This document shows, one piece after another, positions 31,701 to 42,481 of a stretch of DNA of 64,000 bases. Source of the DNA: a bacterium (lineage in GTDB: Bacteria; Patescibacteriota; Patescibacteriia; UBA1558; UBA10009); NCBI GenBank assembly GCA_018672055.1, contig JABHGM010000001.1, positions 136,884 through 200,883 of the forward strand, in the 5' to 3' direction. The translations under genes were made by a program, and so were the position numbers. Numbering within the stretch: the first letter of the stretch is position 1; each line of letters begins with the position of its first letter. Below the pieces are notes generated by a model. It had not been told where the DNA came from. It made no database searches and saw only the letters and a program-made list of their open reading frames with translations.

Positions 31701-32116
31701 ATCACTTAGTAGAAGATAAGATACATCAACGTTCAATTGGTCCTTATTCACTTGTAACTCAACAACCTCTTGGTGGTAAAGCTCAAGGTGGTGGACAAAG
31801 ATTTGGAGAAATGGAAGTATGGGCTTTAGAAGCCTATGGTGCTGCTAATACCCTGCAAGAAATATTAACAATTAAATCTGATGATGTAGCTGGTCGTTCT
31901 AAAGCTTATGAATCAATTATTAAAGATGAGCCAATTAGTAAATTAGCTATACCTGAATCATTTAATATTTTAGTTCGTGAACTTAAAGGTCTTGGTTTAG
32001 ATGTAGAACTTATGAAAGGTAAAAGAGAAAGAGTAATTAAAGAAGTAAAAGAAGAAAAACCTAAGGTCGAACCTAAAAAGGAAACTAAGAAAGAAACTAA
32101 GAAAAAAGATAAATAA
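28706..32116 (+). CDS. rpoB: RNA polymerase beta subunit
   Basis: [59 protein letters not shown]. Confidence 0.99.
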   Translation: MPQAPERKYFTDTKTTQELPDLIEIQKSSYDWFLQNGLKELLEEISPIQDFIGRDLELHFVDHYLDEPKFDEVTSKAKNITYDAPLRVKVKLSNKKTGESKSQEIYLGDFPLMTQRGTFIINGVERVVVSQLIRSAGVFFSSENYRGKRLYGAKIIPNRGAWLEFETDANHIIYVKIDRKRKVAATSLLRAFGYSTDEEILELFKDVDNLPEYSFIQNTLAKDIAHNMDEGLIEIYKRIRPGDLATADNAKSLIYAMFFNFDRYDFGVVGRYKLNKKFDQDLEINKETRVLTKEDIVKVLREVIRLNITQEEADDIDHLGNRRIRAIGELVQNKFRVGLARLERIVKDRMSTMDINALTPNMLINARPVIGTIKEFFMSSQLSQFMDQTNPLAELEHKRRLSAMGPGGLSRERAGFEVRDVHRTHYGRICPIATPEGPNIGLVGHLSCYAKVNEYGFIETPFRKVLHDIPNNPKITLDKIAREDIIDPESKKTIVSKDDVIDKKKAETLKKYSDIKTIPIKPVATKEIEYLNAFTEEQAVTTAATTPLDENGHFIKDYAEMRIHGTPSYDSVNKIDYMDVAPNQIISVATSLIPFLEHDDAVRALMGTNMQRQAVSVIRPDSPIIGTGIEYRAAKDSGQVIVANEDGEVTSVQSNKITIKTKNKEREYSLGKFVRSNASTCMNQRPLVNKGEKVNKGDIIADGAATDKGELALGQNLTVAFMTWEGGNYEDAILISERVVQQDRFSSIHIEDYSIDIRDTKLGPEVVTRDIPNVGEEKLKDLDEEGIIRIGAHVTSGDILVGKITPKGETELSAEEKLLRAIFGEKAKDVRDSSLYLEHGERGKVIDVKIFSRKNGDKLQSGVIKSIQVTVAQLRKIQPGDKLAGRHGNKGVISRIVPVENLPFLADGTPVDIILNPLGVISRMNLGQLLETHLGIAARTLGYKVATPALNGVPGKFIKEELEKAGHTPDGKAQLYDGRTGEPFNKKTTVGVIYMLKLNHLVEDKIHQRSIGPYSLVTQQPLGGKAQGGGQRFGEMEVWALEAYGAANTLQEILTIKSDDVAGRSKAYESIIKDEPISKLAIPESFNILVRELKGLGLDVELMKGKRERVIKEVKEEKPKVEPKKETKKETKKKDK

Positions 32117-32121
32117 AATAT

Positions 32122-35100
32122 ATGCCTACACCTTCTTCAACAAGAACAACTTTAATGCCAGATGACAATATCCCGGTAGTGGAATTTGAAGCTATTCGTT
32201 TAAAATTAGCTTCCCCAGAAATAATGCATAGATGGTCACATGGTGAAGTATTAAAACCTGAAACTATTAATTATAGAACTCAGAAACCTGAGAAGGATGG
32301 TTTATTTTGTGAAAAAATATTTGGACCTACTAAAGATTGGGAATGCTATTGTGGTAAATATAAAAAGATCCGTTACAAAGGTATTGTTTGTGATAAATGT
32401 GGCGTAGAAGTAACTAGATCAGTTGTAAGACGTGAAAGAATGGGACACATTGATTTAGCTGTACCTGCTGCCCATATTTGGTTCTTAAGAGGTATTCCTT
32501 CAAAGATAGGTCTTGTTTTAAATCTATCAATTCAAGAACTAGAAAAAATTATATACTTTGCTTCTTTTATAATAACTTCTGTTAAAGAAGAATTAAAAGA
32601 ACAAACTCTTGAACAAATTAAAAATGAGTTAAAGAGTAAACGTAAAGTAATAGAAAAAGAATTTGAAAATAAATTAAATCAGATTAATCAAAAGAAATCC
32701 GAACTACTTGGTAAAGCAAAGGATGATGCTAAAAAAGGCGCCATACAATCTGATATTGCTAAAGAAATTAAACTTTTAGAAACATTAAAAGATAATAAGG
32801 CTAGTACTCTAGAAGAAGCAGCAGATACTGCTAAAAAAGAATTGCGTGATATTAAAAAATTAAAAATTATTTCAGAAACTAAATATCGTGACTTATCACT
32901 TAAATATGGTCATGTTTTTGAAGCTGGCATTGGTGCTAAAACTATACGTGACTTATTAGCTGAAATTGATTTAAAGAAATTATCTAAAGAATTAGCAGAA
33001 GAGATCTCTCATGCTATTCCTTCAAAAAAGAAAAAATTAGTAAAACGTTCAAGGTTAGTAAATAGTTTAATACTAAACAATATTAATCCTGAATGGATGA
33101 TTTTAACAACTATTCCAGTAATTCCACCAGATTTAAGACCTATGGTACAACTTGATGGTGGTCGTTTTGCTACTTCAGATTTAAATGATCTATATAGAAG
33201 AGTTATTAATAGAAATAACAGATTAAAGAGATTACTCGACCTTAAAGCTCCTGAAGTTATTCAAAGAAATGAAAAAAGAATGCTTCAAGAAGCTATTGAT
33301 GCTTTAATTGATAATAATGCTCGTCATTCAAAGACAGTAACTGCTTCAACTGGTCAAAAAAGACAATTAAAGAGTATTGCTGATATTTTAAAAGGTAAGC
33401 AAGGTCGTTTTAGACAAAACTTACTTGGTAAACGTATTGATTATTCAGGACGTTCTGTAATTGTTATTGGACCTAAATTAAAAATGAATGAATGTGGTTT
33501 ACCTAAAACTATGGCTCTTGAACTATTTAGACCATTTGTAATATCACAGCTTATTAAAAGAGAATTAGTACATAATGTAAGAAGTGCTAATAAATATATT
33601 GAACAAGATCACGCAGAAGTATGGGATATTTTAGAAGGCATTACTAACAAAGCTCATGTTCTCTTAAATAGAGCGCCTACTCTACACAGACTTGGTATTC
33701 AAGCTTTTAAACCTGTTTTAATTGAAGGTAAAGCTATTCAAGTTCATCCTCTAGTATGTCGCCCATTTAATGCTGACTTTGACGGTGATCAAATGGCTGT
33801 TCATGTACCACTTACAGCAAAGGCTAGACATGAAGCAGCTACAATTATGCTTTCAACTAAAAACTTACTTAAACCAGCAACTGGTGAACCTATTAATTCA
33901 CCTGATCAAGATATTGTCTGGGGTTGTTATTATTTAACCTTTATTAATCCACAGCAAAAAGAATCTGTTAAATTCTTTAGCTCTAAAGAAGAGGCTAAAC
34001 TTGCTTATGATTTAAAGGCTATTCGTTTACATGATAGAATTACTATTAAATTTAAAAATGAAAGAATTGAAACTACTGTTGGACGTGTCATATTTAACTC
34101 AATAATTCCTGAAAAATTACAATTTGTTAATAATGAAATGAATTCTGGTAAACTAAAGAATTTAGTAGCTCAAGTCCTTGAAGCTTATGGTAGAGAAGAA
34201 ACTGCTGAATTTTTAGACAATATTAAAAAACAAGGTTTTGAAACAATTACTGCCTCAGGATTGTCATGGGGAATGGATGATGTGCCTATTCTTAAAGAAA
34301 AGAAAGATATTATTAAGTCTGGTGAAATAAAAGTAAAAGAAATTCAAGAACAATTTGAAAAGGGTTTACTAACCAATAAGGAAAGATATGTTAAGGTAGT
34401 TGAAACCTGGAAAGAAATAAAAGATGAGATTACTGAAATTAGTCAAAACCTATTTAGCGTACATAGTTCACTTTACTCCATTATTAACTCTGGTGCTCGT
34501 GGTTCATGGGCTCAGATGATTCAAATCATGGGTATGAAAGGTTTAGTAATTAACCCGGCTGGTGAAGTTATTGAATTACCTATTAAAGCTAACTTCCAAG
34601 AAGGTCTTGATGTGCTTGAATACTTTATCTCTACTCATGGTACTCGTAAAGGATTATCTGATACTGCTCTTCGTACTGCTAATGCTGGTTATTTAACACG
34701 TAGACTTGTTGATGTTTCACAAGATATTATTACTAATATAGCTGATTGTGGCGATAAAGAAGGCTTAACTTTAAACCAAGCTGATGCTGAAATGATGGGT
34801 GAACCTTTAGTTAATTTAATCATGGGTCGTACAGCAATGACCAAGATTGTTCATCCTAAGACAAAAACTGTTTTAGTTAAAAAGAATGAAATAATTAACA
34901 AGGATCATATAAAGAAATTAAAAAAACTAACTCTTGAATCAGTTCATATACGTTCACTATTCTCATGTAAATCAGTACGTGGTATTTGTCAAAAATGTTA
35001 TGGTACTGACTTGGCTTTTAATGCTCCGGTAAAACAAGGTGTAGCTGTTGGTACTATTGCTGCTCAAAGTATTGGTGAGCCTGGTACACAGCTTACTATG

Positions 35101-36027
35101 AGAACTTTCCATACAGGTGGTGTAGCTGGTACTGATATTACTCAAGGTTTACCTAGAGTTGAAGAATTATTTGAGGCTAGACCTCCAAAGAATAAATCAA
35201 TTATCTCTGATGTTGCTGGACAAGTTATAATTGATAAAGAAATGGCTAGTGGTGTTAGAAATCAAAGAATTGTTAAAGTTAAATACAGAGGATATATTAA
35301 AGAAGATTACTTAGTTCATGAAGATTATGATATTTTAGTTAAAGATGGTGACAAGGTTAAAGCTAAGCAACAAATAATGAAACATAAGCAAACTGAGAAA
35401 CCTGTAGTTACTAAACATGATGGAACTATTAAAATTGATTCTAAAAAAGTTAAAATTATTTCTGATGAAGAAACAATAAAAGAATTTACTATACCTCCAG
35501 GTTTAAGTTTATGGGTTAAAGATGGTGACTTAGTTAATCCAGGAGATCCTTTAACTGAAGGTAGCATTGATCTAAGAGAATTATATGAACATCGTGGTGA
35601 ACTAGCTACTCAAAAATACATCATTAAAGAAATTCTTAAGATTTATTCAATGCAAGGTCAGAAACTAAATATGAAACATATTGAAATTATTGTCAGACAA
35701 ATGTTCTCAAGAGTTCTGATTCAAGATTCAGGTGATACTAAATTATTATCTGGTGAAATTATTACTAGACCTATCTTTAATGAAGAAAATAACAAAGCTA
35801 AGAAAGAAGGCAAAAAAGAAGCTGAAGGTGAAATTCTACTCTTAGGTATTACTAAAGCTTCATTATCTACTGATTCCTTCTTATCAGCTGCCTCATTCCA
35901 AGAAACAGCTCGTGTCTTAATAGATGCTGCTATTACTGGTAAAGTAGATCATTTAAGAGGTTTGAAAGAAAATGTTATTATTGGACGCTTAATACCTGCT
36001 GGAACTGGCTTTGAAAAGAAAAAATAA
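32122..36027 (+). CDS. rpoC: RNA polymerase beta' subunit
   Basis: Zn finger CYCGKY...CDKC, NADFDGDQM, GEPGTQLTMRTFH, ENVIIGRLIPAGTG. Confidence 0.99.
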   Translation: MPTPSSTRTTLMPDDNIPVVEFEAIRLKLASPEIMHRWSHGEVLKPETINYRTQKPEKDGLFCEKIFGPTKDWECYCGKYKKIRYKGIVCDKCGVEVTRSVVRRERMGHIDLAVPAAHIWFLRGIPSKIGLVLNLSIQELEKIIYFASFIITSVKEELKEQTLEQIKNELKSKRKVIEKEFENKLNQINQKKSELLGKAKDDAKKGAIQSDIAKEIKLLETLKDNKASTLEEAADTAKKELRDIKKLKIISETKYRDLSLKYGHVFEAGIGAKTIRDLLAEIDLKKLSKELAEEISHAIPSKKKKLVKRSRLVNSLILNNINPEWMILTTIPVIPPDLRPMVQLDGGRFATSDLNDLYRRVINRNNRLKRLLDLKAPEVIQRNEKRMLQEAIDALIDNNARHSKTVTASTGQKRQLKSIADILKGKQGRFRQNLLGKRIDYSGRSVIVIGPKLKMNECGLPKTMALELFRPFVISQLIKRELVHNVRSANKYIEQDHAEVWDILEGITNKAHVLLNRAPTLHRLGIQAFKPVLIEGKAIQVHPLVCRPFNADFDGDQMAVHVPLTAKARHEAATIMLSTKNLLKPATGEPINSPDQDIVWGCYYLTFINPQQKESVKFFSSKEEAKLAYDLKAIRLHDRITIKFKNERIETTVGRVIFNSIIPEKLQFVNNEMNSGKLKNLVAQVLEAYGREETAEFLDNIKKQGFETITASGLSWGMDDVPILKEKKDIIKSGEIKVKEIQEQFEKGLLTNKERYVKVVETWKEIKDEITEISQNLFSVHSSLYSIINSGARGSWAQMIQIMGMKGLVINPAGEVIELPIKANFQEGLDVLEYFISTHGTRKGLSDTALRTANAGYLTRRLVDVSQDIITNIADCGDKEGLTLNQADAEMMGEPLVNLIMGRTAMTKIVHPKTKTVLVKKNEIINKDHIKKLKKLTLESVHIRSLFSCKSVRGICQKCYGTDLAFNAPVKQGVAVGTIAAQSIGEPGTQLTMRTFHTGGVAGTDITQGLPRVEELFEARPPKNKSIISDVAGQVIIDKEMASGVRNQRIVKVKYRGYIKEDYLVHEDYDILVKDGDKVKAKQQIMKHKQTEKPVVTKHDGTIKIDSKKVKIISDEETIKEFTIPPGLSLWVKDGDLVNPGDPLTEGSIDLRELYEHRGELATQKYIIKEILKIYSMQGQKLNMKHIEIIVRQMFSRVLIQDSGDTKLLSGEIITRPIFNEENNKAKKEGKKEAEGEILLLGITKASLSTDSFLSAASFQETARVLIDAAITGKVDHLRGLKENVIIGRLIPAGTGFEKKK

Positions 36028-36045
36028 TATATTAATTTATATACT

Positions 36046-36073
36046 AAAACAGGGTTAAAATAGCCCTGTTTTT
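36046..36073 (+). terminator. rpoBC terminator
   Basis: AAAACAGGGTTA-AAA-TAGCCCTGTTTTT. Confidence 0.75.
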
Positions 36074-36126
36074 TGATATAGCCATAATTAAAAAAAAATG
36101 TTAAAATACTACTACTAAAATACAAA

Positions 36127-38397
36127 ATGGCAAGAAAAAAAAGAAGAAAATCAAAGAAAAAAAAGAAACAGTTACTTGAAGAAGAATACGAATCTGAGGG
36201 TACCCTAAATGGAGAGACAAAAAGGGGTATTTTTATTGTATTAATTCTAGTTATAGCTCTTTTAGTAATTCTCTCTTTATTCAATTTATCTGGTGAATTA
36301 GGCTTATATTTGAAAAATTTCTTAGGTATTATATTTGGCTGGGGCTTTTACTTTTTCCCAGTTATTTTATTACTTTTAGCATTTACTCTGCTTAATCCAG
36401 AAAGATACGAAGTAAGACCTAGTAACTATTTTGGTCTTTTTTTACTACTAGCTAGTCTCTTGGGTTTATTACAGATAATAAAGAGTGATCCTACAACATA
36501 TATATCTGGTTCTGGTGGTGGTTATCTAGGTTATGCTCTGGCATTTCCTTTAATCGGCTTGACTGGTATTTGGGCAACTTTAATAATATTGGTAGCTATT
36601 TTTTTAATATCCCTGTTAGTAACCTTTAACACATCTTTAAATACAATTTTAGGTAATTTTAATATTCTAAATTGGTTCAGAGGCAAAGTAAATCAAGCTG
36701 AAGAATATTACGAAGATGATGACGAAGAAGAGGAAGAAGAAATAGAAGAAGATGATGACGAAGAAGAACCCACTTTTAAAACTAAAAAAATGCCATTCTC
36801 TAAACAAAAAAGTAATGGCAAGATAAAAGAAATTCCCGAAGGTTTAAATGTTACTTTCTCGCATGGTAAAAGTCATAAAGTAGAAGTTCCTTTAAATCTA
36901 TTAGATAACAGAACATCAAAACCAACTAGTGTTGATATTAAAGCTAATTCTGAAAAAATTAAAGATACTTTAGATAATTTTGGTATTGAAGTTACTATGG
37001 GCGAAGTAAATACTGGTCCAACGGTTACTCAATTTACTTTAAAACCTTCAGAAGGAATTAGATTAAATCAAATTACTGGTTTACAAAATGACTTAGCTCT
37101 AGCTTTAGCTGCACATCCTATCCGTATTGAAGCTCCTATCCCGGGCAAATCATTAGTTGGTATAGAAATTCCAAATCAAAGTATTGCTTTAGTTAAATTA
37201 AGAGAAATTTTAACTAGCAATGAATTTAAAAAGAAAAAAGGTGCTTTACTATTTTCACTCGGTAAAGATGTGGCCGGACGTCCTTGGATCGGTGATCTAG
37301 ATAAAATGCCTCACTTACTTATTGCTGGAGCTACTGGTTCTGGTAAATCAGTTTGTATAAATAATATTATTGTTAGTCTACTCTATCAATACACCCCTGA
37401 AAATCTAAGATTAATAATGGTTGATCCTAAGCGTGTTGAACTTTCTACTTTTAATGGTATTCCTCATTTACTTACTCCTGTTATTACTGAGCCTGATAAA
37501 ACCATCAATGCTTTAAGATGGGCTATCAATGAAATGGATGAAAGATATAAATTATTCTCAGCTGTTGGTAAACGTAATATTGGTGCCTATAATTCATCTG
37601 TAATTACCAATAAATTACCATATATAGTTATTATAATAGATGAACTTGCTGACCTTATGGCTGTTGCTCCTCGTGATGTTGAAGCTGCCATTGTTAGACT
37701 AGCTCAAATGGCTAGAGCTACTGGTATTCACTTAATAGTTGCTACTCAAAGACCTTCTGTTAATGTTATTACAGGTTTAATTAAAGCTAATGTTACTTCA
37801 CGCATTGCTTTTGCTGTAGCCTCATCTGTTGATTCTAGAACAATTATTGATACTTCTGGTGCTGAAAAATTATTAGGTAAAGGTGATATGTTGTTTATCT
37901 CTGCTGAGCTATCTAAACCAAAACGTTTGCAATGTGCTTTCATTAGTGACGCTGAAATAGAAGGTGTAGTTGATTTCTGGTCAAAACAAGGCGAAGCAGA
38001 ATTCAAAGATAATATAACTGAAAAACAAACTAAAGTTAGTATGCCAGGTAGCGGAGGCTCAAGTGATGAGGATGAATTATTAGAAGAAGCTAAAGATGTA
38101 ATTATAAAAGCTGGTAAAGCATCTGCTTCACTTTTACAAAGAAGATTAAGAGTTGGTTACGCTAGAGCAGCACGTATGTTAGATCTTTTAGAAGAGCAAG
38201 GTATTGTTGGACCATCTGAAGGAGCTAAGCCTCGTGAAATATTAATAGATGATGATTATTTAGCAATACCAGTTGAAACAACTGAAAGCTATGTTAGTCC
38301 TGAACCTGAGTATATAGAATCAGAAGATACAGAAGAAGTAGAAGATGATGATACTGAAAACTTTGAAGAGGAGGATGAAGAAGAAAAGATAAATTGA
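36127..38397 (+). CDS. ftsK: DNA translocase FtsK/SpoIIIE
   Basis: N-terminal TMs, MPHLLIAGATGSGKS, IIDELADLM, ATQRPSV, gamma domain ASASLLQRRLRVGYARAAR. Confidence 0.97.
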   Translation: MARKKRRKSKKKKKQLLEEEYESEGTLNGETKRGIFIVLILVIALLVILSLFNLSGELGLYLKNFLGIIFGWGFYFFPVILLLLAFTLLNPERYEVRPSNYFGLFLLLASLLGLLQIIKSDPTTYISGSGGGYLGYALAFPLIGLTGIWATLIILVAIFLISLLVTFNTSLNTILGNFNILNWFRGKVNQAEEYYEDDDEEEEEEIEEDDDEEEPTFKTKKMPFSKQKSNGKIKEIPEGLNVTFSHGKSHKVEVPLNLLDNRTSKPTSVDIKANSEKIKDTLDNFGIEVTMGEVNTGPTVTQFTLKPSEGIRLNQITGLQNDLALALAAHPIRIEAPIPGKSLVGIEIPNQSIALVKLREILTSNEFKKKKGALLFSLGKDVAGRPWIGDLDKMPHLLIAGATGSGKSVCINNIIVSLLYQYTPENLRLIMVDPKRVELSTFNGIPHLLTPVITEPDKTINALRWAINEMDERYKLFSAVGKRNIGAYNSSVITNKLPYIVIIIDELADLMAVAPRDVEAAIVRLAQMARATGIHLIVATQRPSVNVITGLIKANVTSRIAFAVASSVDSRTIIDTSGAEKLLGKGDMLFISAELSKPKRLQCAFISDAEIEGVVDFWSKQGEAEFKDNITEKQTKVSMPGSGGSSDEDELLEEAKDVIIKAGKASASLLQRRLRVGYARAARMLDLLEEQGIVGPSEGAKPREILIDDDYLAIPVETTESYVSPEPEYIESEDTEEVEDDDTENFEEEDEEEKIN

Positions 38398-38414
38398 GTT
38401 AAAACAAAAATTTA

Positions 38415-39101
38415 ATGACTAGTTTTATACAAAAAAAACTACCTACCAACAAAACCCTGCCTGAAATTTTAAAAGATCAACGGAGCAGGGCTGATTTATC
38501 ATTAGACGAAATTTCATTTAAAACTAACATAAGTATTAAATACATTGATGCTTTAGAAAAAGGTAAATATGATAAATTGCCAGGTGAAATATATAATAGA
38601 CAATTTATAAAAAAATTAGCTAACATATATTCATTATCCGAAAAATCTTTACTTAAAATATATCAAGATGAAAAAGAATCTCAACTTACTTTTAAAGAAT
38701 TAGCTAGAGAGACTCCTAAAAAAGAAAATATTTTAAATAATATTTCTCCTAAGATAATAAAAAGAAGTTTAGTAATATTACTAATTTTAGCTTGTTTTAC
38801 ATATTTAGGTTGGGAAGTATTTAATATATTTTCTCCACCAAATTTAGAAATAGCTTCACCCTTACCACAAACTATTACTACGGACCCTTATGTAGAAATA
38901 ATAGGCATAACTGAACCAGAGGCTATTTTGACAATTAATAATCAAAAAGTAATTATTGAACCTGATGGAAAATTCGATCAAACAGTAGATTTAACATTTG
39001 GCTTGAATAATTTCGTAATTTCTGCTAAAAAGAAACATAGTAAAGCTATAGATATCACCTTATCTATTCTAAGACAAGGCGAAGCTACAGCCTTTAAATA
39101 A
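38415..39101 (+). CDS. RodZ-like HTH + TM protein with C-terminal Ig-like domain
   Basis: LDEISFKTNISIKYIDALEKG.YDKLPG..Y (HTH_25); single TM; typical ftsK-rodZ-recA order. Confidence 0.8.
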   Translation: MTSFIQKKLPTNKTLPEILKDQRSRADLSLDEISFKTNISIKYIDALEKGKYDKLPGEIYNRQFIKKLANIYSLSEKSLLKIYQDEKESQLTFKELARETPKKENILNNISPKIIKRSLVILLILACFTYLGWEVFNIFSPPNLEIASPLPQTITTDPYVEIIGITEPEAILTINNQKVIIEPDGKFDQTVDLTFGLNNFVISAKKKHSKAIDITLSILRQGEATAFK

Positions 39102-39131
39102 TAGGGTCATTTAAACATTAATCATAATTAT

Positions 39132-40145
39132 ATGGTAAAAGAAGAAAAGAAAAAGGAAAAACAAAAAAACAAAGCAGCAGATGATGCTATTGCTCAAATT
39201 CAAACAAAATTTGGTGAAGGCTCTATTATGAAGCTAGGTGATGCTAAACAGTTAAAAGTAGACTCTATCCCAACGGGATGCTTATCGCTAGACATAGCTC
39301 TAGGTATTGGTGGTGTACCAAAAGGTAGAATCATTGAAATATACGGACCTGAAGCATCAGGTAAAACTACCCTATCCCAACACATTACTGCTGAGTGTCA
39401 AAAATTAGGTGGTACTGCAGCTTTTATTGATGCTGAACATGCTCTAGATCCATCTTATGCAAAAAAGATAGGAATCAATGTAGATGATCTGCTAATTTCA
39501 CAACCTGATACAGGTGAACAAGCTTTAGAAATTGCAGAAGCATTAGTTAGATCTAACGCAGTTGATGTAATTATTATTGATTCAGTAGCAGCTCTTGTAC
39601 CTAAATCAGAAATTGAAGGTGAAATGGGCGATAGACAAATGGGTACCCAAGCTAGACTAATGAGTCAAGCCTTAAGAAAGCTATCTGGTATTGTTAGTAA
39701 AACAAATACCACTGTAATATTTATTAATCAGATCAGAATGAAGATAGGCGTCTTCTTCGGTAACCCAGAAACAACTACTGGTGGTATGGCTCTTAAATTC
39801 TATTCTTCAGTTAGAATTGAAGTAAGAAGAGCAGCACAAATTAAAAAAGGTGATCAAGTTATTGGTAACCGTGTAAGATGTAAAGTAGTTAAGAATAAAG
39901 TAGCTGCTCCATTTAAAAATACTGAATTTGATATTATGTATAATGAAGGTATTTCAATTGGCGGTGATGTCTTAGACACTGGAGTTAACCTAGGTATAGT
40001 TGATAAATCTGGTAACACTTATTCCTTCCAGGGTGAAAAACTAGGCGTAGGCAGAGAAAATTCAAAAGATTTCTTAAAACAAAATCCAAAGCTTATACAA
40101 AAAATTAAGAAAGACGTTTGGAAAGCAGTTAAAGAAGAAGATTAA
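39132..40145 (+). CDS. recA: Recombinase A
   Basis: [46 protein letters not shown]. Confidence 0.99.
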   Translation: MVKEEKKKEKQKNKAADDAIAQIQTKFGEGSIMKLGDAKQLKVDSIPTGCLSLDIALGIGGVPKGRIIEIYGPEASGKTTLSQHITAECQKLGGTAAFIDAEHALDPSYAKKIGINVDDLLISQPDTGEQALEIAEALVRSNAVDVIIIDSVAALVPKSEIEGEMGDRQMGTQARLMSQALRKLSGIVSKTNTTVIFINQIRMKIGVFFGNPETTTGGMALKFYSSVRIEVRRAAQIKKGDQVIGNRVRCKVVKNKVAAPFKNTEFDIMYNEGISIGGDVLDTGVNLGIVDKSGNTYSFQGEKLGVGRENSKDFLKQNPKLIQKIKKDVWKAVKEED

Positions 40146-40159
40146 ATAGTTAAATAAAC

Positions 40160-40606
40160 TACCACCAGCTAAAATAGCTGGTGGTATTCACTTGCCTGCT
40201 AAACGCAGGCTACAATCTACCTTCTGAAAGTAAAGGGTAGTTTGGGCAATTCTACTTGATGGTGTTGTTGATTCATAACATATTGTCTAACTATCTCTTC
40301 ATCAACGCCAACTGTAGTAACAAAATAGCCTCTGGCCCAAAATGAACCTTTGGGTATTTTTTTAGTCTTTTTTTTGATCCAAGCTGATGATTTGCTTTTG
40401 ATTAAGCAAACAACGTATGATATTGAATATTTAGGTATCCAGACCAAATGATACGAACATCGGTAAGTGCAATGTGATAGCTGATATAATCTATGATTAT
40501 TAATAAAAATCACCTCCTTTCTTTTTTGAGGTGATTTAATTATATCATTTTGATTATTTTACCAAGAGCTTCGCTCTAAACGCACCCACCAGCCTTTGGC
40601 TGGTGG
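40160..40606 (-). mobile_element. Non-autonomous IS200/IS605-family element with related terminal hairpins
   Basis: Hairpins TACCACCAGCT-AAAAT-AGCTGGTGGTA (40160-86) and CCACCAGCC-TTT-GGCTGGTGG (40586-606) flank a tnpA remnant. Confidence 0.8.
40217..40513 (-). pseudogene. tnpA: IS200 Y1 transposase TnpA with internal deletion
   Basis: YHLVWIPKY joined directly to SISYVVCLIKSKSS; FWARGYFVTTVG and catalytic YVMNQ present; HUH (DHxH) segment missing. Confidence 0.85.
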
Positions 40607-40620
40607 TTTTTGGGTGTATA

Positions 40621-40651
40621 AAAGAGCCCGGTGTAAATAACCGGGCTTTTT
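40621..40651. terminator. Terminator hairpin for ORF 40672..41079
   Basis: AAAGAGCCCGG-TGTAAATAA-CCGGGCTTTTT. Confidence 0.7.
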
Positions 40652-40671
40652 GAAATTAAGAAAATTTCTTT

Positions 40672-41079
40672 TTAATATTGAGACTGACCAATCACGATCA
40701 TGAAATGGTCCAAAACCGGATTATAACCAAAACCTAAATTTAATCGATAAGTATCATTAGGGAAAAGCGCGAAATCTCTGCTAAAAATATAGCTAAACTC
40801 TGCCTCACCAATATAGTTTATTAAGAAATCGTAATTTCCAAATGATTTTCTCAATGAATAATTTAAGTACCAGCTGTCATCTGTAACTAGATCTCCATTA
40901 TCCTCGACATCGAGAATTGTGATGACTCGACTTACACCAATACCAGGTGAAATAGGCCAAGCAGGTTTTAGTTCAAGACCGATATGTCTCAATCTAGGAT
41001 GAAATGCAAGATAATGGCTATAATCAAAGGCCATTACCATTGTTGTTAATGTAATTAAAATAATTACTTTTTTCTTCAT
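40672..41079 (-). CDS. Secreted hypothetical protein, beta-strand rich
   Basis: Signal peptide MKKKVIILITLTTMVMA; alternating aromatic strands; terminal Tyr; SD AAGGAG; TTGACA-17-TAGTAT promoter (41141-41113). Confidence 0.65.
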   Translation of the reverse strand: MKKKVIILITLTTMVMAFDYSHYLAFHPRLRHIGLELKPAWPISPGIGVSRVITILDVEDNGDLVTDDSWYLNYSLRKSFGNYDFLINYIGEAEFSYIFSRDFALFPNDTYRLNLGFGYNPVLDHFMIVIGQSQY

Positions 41080-41257
41080 TACGTACTCCTTATATAATAT
41101 GCGTAATATACTATACTAAGCTAAATCTATATAGTTGTCAAGTTTTATAATATTCCACAAAATTTAAAGCTTTTTAAAATAGTTACTAATTTGACTTAAA
41201 CTACTTAAAATGATAATTTATCATTAATCGTACAAAAACAACAAGAGGAGATTTAAA

Positions 41258-41686
41258 ATGCCTGATACTATACCGACTGGAATAAATACAACTATCGGTT
41301 CAATAATTACTAAAAAGTTTTCTTCGACGGATGCTAAGATATATTGTATTAAAAATGCTTTTATTAAAGGCTGTGTCCATATTGTCCTAGGTTATAAAGG
41401 TAAGCAACTCACCAACATCTTTATTAATCCTGAAGACACATCAAAGGCTCGAGAGTATATAGTTATTGGCGAATTGATATCTGCTGTTTTGCAAAATTCA
41501 GATAACCCTAATATTGTATTAAAAGAATTGCGAAACATATTCGATCCTGATGAAAAACCTTTCAACGCAGACAAATACCATAAATCCTTCTATTCTGAAA
41601 TAGCTGACGTCATTGAACAATTCTTTTTAGAGGTAGGTGCTATTAAACCAATAGATAATACCAATAAAAACCATTCAATTAACTAA
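41258..41686 (+). CDS. NrdJb/TSCPD-like domain protein (divergent, orphan)
   Basis: NIFIN...ISAVL...LKELRNIFDP...SFYSEIADVIEQFFLEVGAIK resembles the class II ribonucleotide reductase NrdJb core as recalled; SD GAGGAG; promoter TTGACT-17-TAATTT (41191-41219). Confidence 0.6.
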   Translation: MPDTIPTGINTTIGSIITKKFSSTDAKIYCIKNAFIKGCVHIVLGYKGKQLTNIFINPEDTSKAREYIVIGELISAVLQNSDNPNIVLKELRNIFDPDEKPFNADKYHKSFYSEIADVIEQFFLEVGAIKPIDNTNKNHSIN

Positions 41687-41831
41687 AGATTAATTGTAAA
41701 ATAAAAGCCTGTAGTAATATAGGCTTTTTTATTTTTCTAAATTGTATTCAAATAATAATATCTATTATACACTAATAAAAAAGTGCTTAGATATTGTAAT
41801 CCAAGCACCTACTAAAAAGTTTTGTAACGTT

Positions 41832-42377
41832 TTATTCAATACCATATCGCTTTAATAGTTGTTTTGAATTTTCAATTGATCTTTCATGGTGTTCAAGCCC
41901 TAATAGCTCAATTACTTCTTCAAATAATTTACCTTCTGGATCACCATGTGATGATTCAAGCTCAATATACGTAGGAATTCTATTACCACCTTTGAACAGT
42001 TCTCTTATCTCGACTTTCACACCATTTAACTCAAAAACTATTTTAGTTTTTTCGATTTCAACAAAACATGAATGACCAATACGTTCAAAAATTTCATTTA
42101 ATATTCTAGCATCACCAATCTCAGTCTCTAGCTCTTTTACAGTAGCTACCTGACTTTTTAACGTTCCAGTAATTGTCTCGCCATACTTACAGGTAACAGT
42201 GGGTTTATTATTTTGAACCCTTATTCTAAGTATTTTAACTGAATCTGGAATATTATAATATCTATCACAGATACTAAGCGGAACACCTCCTCCAACGCCT
42301 AATTCTTTGAGTCGAGCAATAACTTCTTGTTTATTGATCTCTAAAATCTTAGTTTCAGGTTCATTAATTCCTGGCAT
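41832..42377 (-). CDS. CYTH-domain protein (class IV adenylate cyclase / triphosphate tunnel family)
   Basis: ExExK (EPETK), DRYY, LRIR, TCK, KELETEI, EK.K, YIELE; perfect TTGACA-17-TATAAT promoter (42450-42422) and SD AAGGAG. Confidence 0.82.
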   Translation of the reverse strand: MPGINEPETKILEINKQEVIARLKELGVGGGVPLSICDRYYNIPDSVKILRIRVQNNKPTVTCKYGETITGTLKSQVATVKELETEIGDARILNEIFERIGHSCFVEIEKTKIVFELNGVKVEIRELFKGGNRIPTYIELESSHGDPEGKLFEEVIELLGLEHHERSIENSKQLLKRYGIE

Positions 42378-42481
42378 TTTCTTCTCCTTTTTCTATTATT
42401 TTAATTTGTTCAGAATAGATGATTATATATTAAATGATTATCATTGTCAACCGCTCTTATTTAAGCTAAAATAGGTTTAAT

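Noticed and set aside
36700-36770. GAA/GAT-rich low-complexity tract in ftsK
   Set aside because: Encodes the usual acidic FtsK linker.
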